Below, piece by piece: positions 28,711 through 38,900 of a stretch of DNA of 64,000 nucleotides. Origin of the DNA: Alphaproteobacteria bacterium (lineage in GTDB: Bacteria; Pseudomonadota; Alphaproteobacteria; Rickettsiales; UBA3002). Made by a program: the position numbers and the translations under genes. The DNA is taken from positions 9,717 through 73,716 of the forward strand of contig JANNSK010000008.1 in assembly GCA_031402515.1 (NCBI GenBank). The letters are read 5' to 3'. The notes below the pieces were generated by a model. That model did not search any database. It worked only from the letters and a program-made list of their open reading frames with translations, and had not been told where the DNA came from. How positions within the stretch are numbered: position 1 is the first letter of the stretch; each line of letters starts with the position of its first letter.

Positions 28711-30240
28711 TTATTTGAGTAACTCCCCGCTCTTCACCAGCGCATAAACCGCTTCGATATCCGGCCCAAGGATGCGGTCTTTTTTGAGGAACGGCACACG
28801 CTTGCGGATTTTGGCTTTGACCTTCTCCAGCTTCGGTGAGGTTTTGAGTGGTTTGAGCATATCAAGGGCCTGGGCGGCGACGAGCAGTTCGATGGCGATG
28901 ACGTAGCGCGCATGTTCGATGACTTTCAATGCCTTAAGGCCGGCGCCGGGCCCCATCGAGACATGGTCTTCCTGGTCGTTATTCGTAGGGATAGAATCGA
29001 CACTGGAGGGGAAACTTAACGATTTGCACTCGCTGACCAGCGCGGCAGCGGTGGTCTGGATCATCATCAACCCGGAGTTCAAACCACCGTCTTCGATCAG
29101 GAATGCAGGCAGGCCGCTTTTCTCCGGCTTCATCGCGCCGTTGATGCGGCGTTCGGAAATCGCCGCCAGTGTGGCCAGTGCGGCAGCGATACGGTCACAC
29201 ACCCGCGCCGGGTAAATCGCATGGAAGTTGCCGCCGTGGATGACTTCCTCACGGTCGGGGAATAGCAGCGGGTTGTCTGTCGTCGCGTTGATTTCATTTT
29301 CGAGGATTTCTTTGGCGTGGGAAAGTTCCTCCCACACCATACCATGCACCTGCGGCGCGCAGCGCAGCGAATAGGCGTCCTGCACCTTGTCGCAATGCGC
29401 GTGGCTTTTTTCGATTTCAGTGCGCCCCAGCCATGTCGCAATCGCGCGGCCACATTCAAGCGTTCCCTTCTGGCGCTGCTCTTTCAGCAACGGCGTGTCG
29501 GTCAGGTGGTGACTGGCGCGCATGGCCTCGACCATCATCGCCGCCGCGAGGTTCGCCGTGTCGAGTAATTGCGAGGCCTCCGACCACGCCTTCACCGCCA
29601 TCGCCGCCGTGAGTTGTGTGCCGTTGATGAGGCAAAGACCCTCTTTGGGTCCAAGCTGAATCGGTTTGAGTTTGGCTTTTTTCAGCGCCGTGTCTGCGCT
29701 CGCCCGCGCGAAGCCTTTACCGCTCGGCATGGTGCATTCACCCTCGCCAATCGTCGTGAGCACCGCATGGGCGGAAGGCGCTAAGTCGCCCGAGGCGCCG
29801 ACACTGCCGCGCGCGGGCACGCAGGCGAGGATGCCTGCCTCAATCGTTTTGATGATCTGTTCGAGCTTGGAAAGCGCGAGGCCGCGATGGCCGCGACAGA
29901 CGGAATTGAGCAGGATAATCCACATCGACAGCACGAGGTCGCGCGGAAGTTCCTCCCCGACACCGCAGGCATGCGAGCGGATAATGTTGCGCTGAAGCTC
30001 GGCGATCTGGTTAGGCTTAATGCGTGTTTTGGCGAAATAGCCGAAGCCGGTATTCAGCCCGTAAACCGTCGCGCCACTACGCACGAGCTTGTTCAGGAAT
30101 TTTTCTGCGGCGGACACACGCTTCTTCGCTGACTCGCCAACACGGATTTTTAGCTTCGCCTTCGGTTCAAGCGCCAGTGCGGAAAACGCTACCAGTGTTT
30201 CAACATCCAGTGATTCGCCATCAATCATAATCTCAGCCAT
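28711..30240 (-). CDS. hutH: Histidine ammonia-lyase
   Basis: MIO-forming GSVGASGDL motif. 509 aa. Confidence 0.95.
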   Translation of the reverse strand: MAEIMIDGESLDVETLVAFSALALEPKAKLKIRVGESAKKRVSAAEKFLNKLVRSGATVYGLNTGFGYFAKTRIKPNQIAELQRNIIRSHACGVGEELPRDLVLSMWIILLNSVCRGHRGLALSKLEQIIKTIEAGILACVPARGSVGASGDLAPSAHAVLTTIGEGECTMPSGKGFARASADTALKKAKLKPIQLGPKEGLCLINGTQLTAAMAVKAWSEASQLLDTANLAAAMMVEAMRASHHLTDTPLLKEQRQKGTLECGRAIATWLGRTEIEKSHAHCDKVQDAYSLRCAPQVHGMVWEELSHAKEILENEINATTDNPLLFPDREEVIHGGNFHAIYPARVCDRIAAALATLAAISERRINGAMKPEKSGLPAFLIEDGGLNSGLMMIQTTAAALVSECKSLSFPSSVDSIPTNNDQEDHVSMGPGAGLKALKVIEHARYVIAIELLVAAQALDMLKPLKTSPKLEKVKAKIRKRVPFLKKDRILGPDIEAVYALVKSGELLK

Positions 30241-31495
30241 TTTCGACCTCTCGTAATACGCCGCGACGGATCACCGCGCGGCAGGGATTTCTCTCTGCGT
30301 GATAGGATAGTTCGTCGGGATGCGCAATATCCCACAGCGCTAAATCTGCCTGTTTGCCGACTTCAATCGTGCCGACATCGCTTAATCCAAGCGCTTTTGC
30401 CGCATGACGAGTGACGCCTGTCAGCGCTTCCGCAGGAGTGAGCTCAAACAATTCGTGGCCCATATGCAGTATCCGCAGCAGGCTGGTGATGGGCGATGTG
30501 CCGGGGTTACAATCCGACGCCAGCGCCAGGGCGACACTTGCTTTGCGCAATGCGGCGACGGGTGGTTTATGAGTTTCCTTCAACGTATAAAACGCACCGG
30601 GTAGGAGTACAGCAACGGTTTTTGCTTTAGCCATCGCCGCAATCCCAGCATCACTTATATATTCCAGATGGTCGGCGGAGAGTGCGTTATATTTGGCCGC
30701 GAGCGCCGCCCCGCCCTGATTAGACAATTGCTCGGCATGGAGTTTGACCGGAAGTCCAAGCTTCTGCGCCGTGTCAAAGATGCGTGTGATTTGTGCCGGA
30801 GTAAAACCGATATTTTCGCAGAACCCATCCACCGCATCGGCGAGTTTTTCTTTGGCAATCGCAGGCAGCATCTCGTTGCAAATGAGGTCAACATAGCCAT
30901 CCGCATTGCCCTTGAATTCAGGTGGCACGGCATGCGCACCTAAAAATGTGGTGCGTACCGTGATTGGGTATGCTGCAGCAAGCTTGCGGGCGACGCGCAG
31001 CATCTTTATTTCGCTTGCCGTATCCAGCCCGTAGCCGGATTTGATTTCGATGGTGGTCACCCCCTCGCGCAGGAAATCCTGCAGGCGTTTGCTTGCGGAT
31101 TCTAAAAGTTCGCTATCCGATGCCGCGCGTGTTTCACGGACGGTGGAGAGAATCCCGCCGCCAGCTTCAGCGATTTCCTTGTAGGTTTTTCCTTGCGCGC
31201 GCATGGCATGTTCGTGGTCGCGATTGCCCGCGTAGACAAGATGGGTGTGACAATCGATCAGGCCAGGTGTGAGCCATTTTCCCTTCGCATCATGCGTTCT
31301 TTTGGCAGGGTTGGCGGTACTCTTGCCAACCCACGCAATCCGCCCATCCTTAATGCCGACGGCGCCGTTTTCAATCACACCATAGCCGTCCACCATCGTC
31401 GCCAGATGGGTGTTGGTGATGAGCATGTCGAAGGTTTCGTGGTTGTTTGCCACCGGCAACTCCGGTAAAAGCGCTTTATTGAATGAGCGCATCAT
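30233..31495 (-). CDS. hutI: Imidazolonepropionase
   Basis: Amidohydrolase motifs (GLIDCHTHLVYAG, KLHAEQLS). The true start is probably the internal MLITN (about 31426). Confidence 0.9.
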   Translation of the reverse strand: MMRSFNKALLPELPVANNHETFDMLITNTHLATMVDGYGVIENGAVGIKDGRIAWVGKSTANPAKRTHDAKGKWLTPGLIDCHTHLVYAGNRDHEHAMRAQGKTYKEIAEAGGGILSTVRETRAASDSELLESASKRLQDFLREGVTTIEIKSGYGLDTASEIKMLRVARKLAAAYPITVRTTFLGAHAVPPEFKGNADGYVDLICNEMLPAIAKEKLADAVDGFCENIGFTPAQITRIFDTAQKLGLPVKLHAEQLSNQGGAALAAKYNALSADHLEYISDAGIAAMAKAKTVAVLLPGAFYTLKETHKPPVAALRKASVALALASDCNPGTSPITSLLRILHMGHELFELTPAEALTGVTRHAAKALGLSDVGTIEVGKQADLALWDIAHPDELSYHAERNPCRAVIRRGVLREVENG

Positions 31496-31497
31496 AA

Positions 31498-32859
31498 ATG
31501 AGGCCCGAACGCATGCAATGGGAAAGACCAGCCGCGATCTTCGCCGCCACCGCGCTCACCGCCGCCGGTTGGCAGAAGGATGTGTTGATCACGCTGGATG
31601 GAACGGGAGTAATCGCCAGCGTCACCGCCAACAGCAAAGTGCCAGCAGGCGCGCCAGCGTTCGACCTCATCCTGCCCGGCATGAGTAATGTGCATTCCCA
31701 CGCATTTCAGCGTGCCATGGCAGGGCTTGCCGAACATTCCTCCGGACAGGATCAGGATAATTTCTGGAGCTGGCGTGAGGTGATGTACCAGTTTGCGCTG
31801 ACGCTTACCCCGGAACAGGTAGAATCCAGCGCTCGCTCGCTTTATGTTGAATTGCTGAAGCGAGGTTATACGTCGGTCGGCGAATTCCACTACATGCACC
31901 ATGATACAAACGGCGATCCTTACGCTAATCCTGCCGAGCTTTCTGAGCGTATCGTTGCTGCAGCAGAAAGTGCCGGTATTCATCTCACCCACCTGCCCGT
32001 ACTGTATGAAACCGCCAATGTTGGTGGGATTACGGCACACAGTGATCAGCGTCGCTTTATCCATACGCCGGATGCTTATCTACGACTGCTGGAAGCCCTC
32101 CAGAAAAAATATGGAACATCGCCGAATATCACACTTGGCGTTGCCCCCCACTCGCTGCGCGCAGTGAACCCAGAGTCATTGAAGTTGGTGCTGGAGACAC
32201 TGCCCAGTCTGGGTTTAAGCGACTGCACGTTGCATATCCACGCTGCCGAGCAGGAGAAAGAAGTTGCCGATTGCGTAGCCTTCAGCGGCGAAAGACCGGT
32301 GGAATGGCTGCTGAATCATATGCAAATCGACAAGCGCTGGTGCCTGATCCATGCCACGCATATGACGGTGGAGGAAACCAAGCGTCTCGCTGCCTCGGGC
32401 GCAGTAGCCGGAGTATGCCCGACGACGGAAGCCAATCTGGGTGACGGGATATTTCCAGCACAATCCTATGTTAAAGCAGGCGGAAAATTCGGCATCGGCA
32501 CGGACAGCAATGTCTGCGTCAGCCCATTTGAAGAATTGCGGATGTTGGAATACGCGCAGCGCCTCTCCTTACGCAAACGCACGCTGCTTGCCTCCGGCAC
32601 ATCCGCCTCCACCGGCCGCGCGCTCATTGACGCTGCCACAGCAGGCGGCGCGCAGGCACTGGGCATTCGCGCTGGCTGTATTGGCAAAGGCTACCGCGCC
32701 GATCTCGTAGCGCTATCGACGCAGGACCCGCTGCTCGCCGACAAGCAAGGCGACCGTATCCTCGACACGCTGATATTTGTCAACGACCGTCCGCCGGTAA
32801 CCGATGTGTTCGTCGCCGGCAGACATGTCATCGTCAATGGCCGTCACGCACAAAGCTAG
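31498..32859 (+). CDS. hutF: Formimidoylglutamate deiminase
   Basis: Amidohydrolase family with HSHAFQRAMAG. Pairs with hutG for the two-step route. The start is possibly MQWERP (31513). Confidence 0.85.
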   Translation: MRPERMQWERPAAIFAATALTAAGWQKDVLITLDGTGVIASVTANSKVPAGAPAFDLILPGMSNVHSHAFQRAMAGLAEHSSGQDQDNFWSWREVMYQFALTLTPEQVESSARSLYVELLKRGYTSVGEFHYMHHDTNGDPYANPAELSERIVAAAESAGIHLTHLPVLYETANVGGITAHSDQRRFIHTPDAYLRLLEALQKKYGTSPNITLGVAPHSLRAVNPESLKLVLETLPSLGLSDCTLHIHAAEQEKEVADCVAFSGERPVEWLLNHMQIDKRWCLIHATHMTVEETKRLAASGAVAGVCPTTEANLGDGIFPAQSYVKAGGKFGIGTDSNVCVSPFEELRMLEYAQRLSLRKRTLLASGTSASTGRALIDAATAGGAQALGIRAGCIGKGYRADLVALSTQDPLLADKQGDRILDTLIFVNDRPPVTDVFVAGRHVIVNGRHAQS

Positions 32860-32964
32860 GCTCTTTTAGCGCATGTCTGCGCTTTATTTTCCTATAGAGC
32901 ATAAAAACAAACGCCCCGGCGGTTTGAACCGCCGGGGCGTAAACGTTGTAGTGTAACTTCTGAT

Positions 32965-35900
32965 CTAGTTGATGATCGTGAAGTCAGCGGCTGTCAGCGC
33001 TATCTTGGTGCTGACCAAGGCAATCTGCACTGCTGCACCGGCACCGCTGCCGTCTGCATCGTAGTACAGTTTGCCGTTCGACGTGTTGTAGATGAGGAAG
33101 TCGTCAGCATCCACTGCCGCCGCAACCCCTGCGCCGGAGATGAAGTGCGCAGCGTTCAACGCACCGACACCGCCGATGAAGGCCGCAGTGAAGATGTCGT
33201 TATCGAGCTGGAAGCTGTCGTCACCGTTAACAACCGACGAGAAGTCCTTGAGGGTTTTGAGGTTGGCAGTACCCAGCGCGGTATCGAACAGGAAGACATC
33301 GTCCCCGGCTTCACCGTAGAGTTTGCTGTCCTTGCCCAGGCCGCCGTTGATCGTGTCGTTGACAGCACCGCCTCGAATCTCGTCGTTGCCGTCGCCGCCG
33401 TTGAGTTCGTCAGCACCCGCCTCGCCGTAAAGCTTGTCGTTACCGCCATCGCCGTTCAGCGTATCGTCACCATCAGCACCGCCACCCAGGCTGTCGCCAC
33501 CATAGAGCTTATCGTTGCCGAGGCCACCGTTGAGCTCGTCCTCATCGTCACCGCCGACGAGCGAATCGGTACCATCACCGCCGTTCAGCGTATCCTGGTT
33601 GGCCTCGCCGTAGAGCTTGTCGCTGCCGATATCACCGTTGAGTTCATCATCATCACTGCCGCCGGTGATAGAGTCGTTACCGTCACCGCCGTTGATGGTG
33701 TCGTCCTCATCGTCGCCGTCAAGGGTATCCTTGCCGAGACCGCCATCGATGGAGTCTTCATCGTTACCGCCGTTAATATCGTCATTGCCGTCGCCGCCGT
33801 CGATCGTGTCCTCACCGTTGCCGCCGGTGATGGTGTCTTTATCGGTACCACCATCGAGCGAATCGTCGCCGCCGTCACCGTCGATCGAGTCATCGTCGTC
33901 ACCGCCGTCAACGGTGTCGTTATCGTCGCCCCCAGCGATCGTATCATCGCCAGTTTCACCAAGGATCGAATCGTCCTCTGTGCCGCCGGTGAGCGAATCG
34001 TTACCGGCACCGCCTTCCAGCGTGTCCTCATCACCTTCACCGTGCAGCGTATCGTTACCGACACCGCCGAGAAGCGAATCATCACCGGCACCGCCGCTGA
34101 TGGAGTCATTGCCAGCAAGGCCGTCGATGTCATCACCGCTTGCCAAACCGGCAATCGTGTCGTTGCCCGCCGTGGTAAGGCCGGTGACGGTGAGTGTATC
34201 ACCCGCATCGAAGATGAGTGCGCCAAGTGCGGCATACTGAGTCGTGTTGATCGTTGCCGCGTTGTCGGTCAGGTCGATGATATCAATGCCCGCCGTACCG
34301 AGCGCGGTAATTGCACCCGCTGTCAACGCGGCTAATTGGGCGCCGCTCATCGTCAGCGTGACCACGTCCGCACCGGTGAGGGTCACCGTACCCAGCGCGT
34401 CATACTGCGCTTTGGTCAGCTCCAGCACGTTATTGGTGGCGTTGAGGATATCGATGCCATCGCTGTCAAGGTCACCGATCTCGCCTGAGGTAAGCGCCGC
34501 GATATTGGCGCCGGTATCAGCAAGGGTAACCACGTCCGCCGGAGTGAGCGCGATGGTGTTTTGGAATGCGTCCTCGTACTGTTCAACGGTCAGCGACAGC
34601 ACGTTGTCGGAAGCATTGAACGTCACTGACGCGCTAAGATCATCGAGCGCTACCATTTGCAACGCTGTCAGCGCTGCCAGGTTAGCACCTGTATCGACAA
34701 CCGTGATCGCGTCAGTCGCATCCACGTCAACGCCGCTATCGGCCAGCGCCGCAGCCTGTGCCGCAGTGAGTGTGATCGCGTTGGTTGAGGAGTTGATGCT
34801 GTCGACGAGATCATCATCGAGATCACCGATGGCCCCCGCCGAGAGCCCGGCAATGTTGGCACCGGTGTCGGTTAATGTCACAGCATCACCCGCCGTAAGC
34901 ACTGTCGTGCCCAGCGCACTATATTGCGCTACCGTGAGTGACAAGACGTTGTCGGACGTGTTGATCGCATCGAAATTGGCGTTATCCAGCGCGGCAAAAT
35001 CCGCTGCGGAGAGCGCCGCAACGTTAGCGCCGGTATCCACCAGCGTGACGGTATCACCGCTTGCTGCAACCCCGCCGTTATCGATAAGCGCCTCTGCTTG
35101 CGCGGCGGTGAGGTTCAGCACGTTGTTGTCGGTCGAATCGAAGATATCCACACTTCGCGAAGAGGCAATGTAGACGGCCATCGCCACCGCACTCAAGCCT
35201 TCGATATTGGCCTGGGTATCGGCGAGAGTGAGTGTATCGCCGCCAGAGAAGGTGAGTGCAACTGCGGCATCCCACTGCGCTTTGGTAAGGCTGATCGCGT
35301 TGTCGGTAGCATCGACAGCATCGACAAAGAAACCATTCAAGTTCGCGATGTCCACTGTCGTCAGCGCCGCAATGTTGGCACCCGTATCCGCCAGGGTGAT
35401 CGTATCACCGGCGACAAGCACCGTTGTACCCAGTGCAGCGATCTTAGCTGCCGTGAGCGATAAAACGTTGTCCGAAGCGTCGATGATATCCACACCGGCG
35501 TTATCGAGTGCACCAATCTGGCCCGCGGAAAGCGCGCCAATGTTCGCACCGGTATCCGCCAAGGTGACCGCGTCACCTGCAGCGATAACAACCGTGCCCA
35601 GTGACGAGGCTTGCGCCGCCGTGAGGGAAATGGCGTCGTCGGAAGCGTTGATCGCATCCACACCGGCGTTATCGAGTGCCGCGATTTGCGCAGCGCTCAT
35701 CGCGGCGATGTTGGCACCGGTATCAACAACGGTGACCACGTCACCCGCAGCAATGACCACCGAGCCCAGCGCGGTCGCTTGCGCAACGCTCAGGTTGATT
35801 GCGTTGTCGGACGCATCGATTGCATCGACGTTGGCACCCGCCATGGCGGCGATGTTGACGGTCAAGATAGCGGCAATGTTGGCGCCGGTATCAACCACGG

Positions 35901-38900
35901 TAACCGTATCAGCGGAAGTGAAGGTTTTGTTGACGCCCGTCACTGCACCCACTTGGTCGGCGGTGAGGTTCAGCGCGTTGTTGGTGGAATCGAATACATC
36001 CACACCCTGCGAAATATAGCTGCCGAAGTTGCCCGATGTCAGCGCCTCGATGTTGGCTTGCGTATCGGTCATGGTGACCACGTCAGCGCCGGTCAAGGCG
36101 ATCGCCGTACCGTCGGCCAGCGCATCGAGCTGGGCGATGCTCAGGCTGAGCACGTTGTCGGTCGCATCCCACGTATCCACGTTGGAAAGCGCGTTAATCG
36201 CCGCAGCGCCCTGCGCCGCGAGGTTGGCACCGGTATCTGCCATGGTAACGGCATCACCGGCAGTGAGTGCAATACCACCGAGCGCGCCATATTTAGCCAC
36301 CGTGAGGCTGAGTACGTTGTCGGTCGCGTTGATGGTCACCGAATTCGCGCCGGCTTCAATGACGGCCAGCGCGGTGATCTGACCGACCGACAGCGCAGCA
36401 ATGTTGGCGCCCGTATCGGCAATCGTGACATCATCAGTCGCAGCGACAGTGGTGGTGCCGAGCACGGCAGCTTGCGCTGCGGTGAAGGTGATGACGTTGT
36501 CCGAAGCGTCGAAAATCACTGCCGCGGCCAGACCGTCAAGCGCGGTAATTTGGCCAGCGGTAAGGCCGCCAATGTTAGCGCCGGTATCAGCAATCGTGAT
36601 TGTATCGGTAGCATCGACAGTAATATCGCCCAGCGCCGCTGCCTTTGCAGCCGTCAAGGTAATCGCGTTGTCCGAAGCGTTAATGAGCACCGTGGCGGCG
36701 AGTGCCGCGAGGTCGGTGAAGTCGGCAGCAGCCATGGCACCGATAGCTGCACCCGTATCCGCCACGGTGAGCGTATCGGAGGAGTGAACGGTGACATCGC
36801 CCAGCGCCGAAGCTTTCGCTGCGGTCCAGGTGAAGGCGTTGTCGGAAGCGTTGAGGAGTACGGTGCCGGAAAGGCCAGCCAGTACGCCGATTTCACCAGC
36901 GCTGAAGCCACCGATGGCCGCACCGGTATCCACCACGCTAAGTGTGTCAGTGGCGTGAACACCAACACCAGCCAGGGCCGCTGCTTTCGCCACATCCCAT
37001 GTAAAGGCGTTGTCGGAAGCGTTGATAACAACGGTGGCCGCCAAGCCGTCCAGCGCAGTGATCTGGCCCGCGGTCAGCGCACCGATATTCGCACCGGTAT
37101 CGACAATGGTAACCGTGTCGGAGACAGCAATATCAACCGTGCCCAGCGCGATGGCTTGTGCCACGGTGAGGCTGATGGCGTTGTCGGAAGCGTCGATAAC
37201 ATCAACGTCATAGCCAGCCGCGTCGAGATCACCAATGTTTGTTGAAGAAAGCGCTGCGATGTTAGCGCCTGTATCAGCCAGCGTGACGGTGTCACCGGCG
37301 GTGAGCAGGACATCACCCAAGGCCAGGAACTGCGCGGCAGTCAGTGAGTAGGCGTCGCCGCCGGTGTCGTCGAAGGTCACCGTGGCGTCTTTATCAGCAA
37401 GATTATCGATCTGAGTGGAGGTCAGCGAGCCGATATCCGCATCCGAGACCAAGACTGCATCACCTGCGATGAGGGAAATGTCGCCAATAACGGCTGCCTT
37501 TGCGACATCCAGTGTGTAAGCGTTACCGCCGGTATCGTCGAAGACGATAGAAGCGGCTTTGCCAGCAAGATTGGAAATCTGGCCAGAGGTCAGCGCGCCG
37601 ACATCACCATCGAGGATAGTGACCGTGTCCGTCGCAGCGAGCGAAATACCGCCGAGAACCGCCGCCTGAGCCACACTCAAGGAGTAAGCGTTATCCGACG
37701 CGTCGATAGTGACCGCGGCGGAAAGCGCATCAAGGATAGTGATCTGACCCGCGGTCAGGTCATCGATATTGGCGCCTGTATCCGAAATGGTGATCGTGTC
37801 GGACGCCGCAACATCCACCGCGCCCAGCGCCGCAGCTTGTGCGGCAGTGAAGGTGATGGCGTTGTCAGTGGCGTCGATAGCATCCACACCCGCACCAGCG
37901 AGCGCCGCGATGTTGGCTGCCGACAGGCCTTGAATGTTGGCGGCGGTGTCAGACAAGGTAACCGTGTCGCCGTTATTGAGGTTCACCGCACCCAGCGCGT
38001 TGAACTGCGCCACTGTGAGGCTGAGCGCGTTGTCCGACGCGTTGATCACGTCGATAAGTTTCGCTGCAAGACCGCCGATAGTACCAGCACTCATCGCGGC
38101 GATGTTGGCACCCGTATCGAGGATGGACACAACGTCGGCCCCGGTGAGCGTGAGCCCACTACCGAGTTCCGCAACTTGCGCCACCGTAAGCGAAAGCGTG
38201 TTGCCACTGGAATCGAGCACGACTGCCGCATCCTTGGCCGCCAGGTTCGCGAGCTCAACCGTCGTCAGAGCAGCAAGGTTGGCACCGGTGTCAGCTACTG
38301 TAACCGTATCGCCTGCAGCAAGGACGAGATCGCCGACAGCCGCGGCTTTGGCCGCCGTCAACGTGTAGGCATCGCCGCCGGTGTCATTAAGGGTAACGGT
38401 GGCGTCCTTGTCGGCAAGGTTATCGATCTGGATTGACGTCAACGCACCGATATCGCCATCTGATACCAATACCGCATCCGAGGAATGTAGCGCAATATCG
38501 CCGACAACCGCAGCCTTGGCCACGTCGAGCGTATAAGCGTTACCGCCCGTGTCGTCGAAGATGACGGAAGCGGCAAGGCCCGCGAGATCCGTAATGTCGG
38601 CAGCAGCCAGTGCGCCAATATCAGCATCCGAAACGGTAAGCGTATCGGTTGCATCCACCGTGATGTCGCCCAGCGCCGCTGCTTTGGTCGCATCCCAGGT
38701 GAAGGCGTTGTCCGACGCATTGATGAGTACTGTGCCGGCGACTCCGGCGAGATCGCCGATATCCGCTGCGGAAAGACCGCCAATGTTGGCGCCCGTATCC
38801 GAAATCGTAAGCGTATCGGAAACATCAACGGCAATGCCAGCAAGCGCGGCTGCCTTTGCAGCGTCCCAGGTGAAGGCGTTATCGGAAGCGTTAATGGTCA

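Noticed and set aside
31495-31498. hutI and hutF starting back-to-back, 2 nt apart
   Set aside because: Divergent genes need promoter space. Internal starts (hutI about 31426, hutF about 31513) fit family N-termini better. The ORF-track maxima are kept as coordinates and flagged as uncertain.
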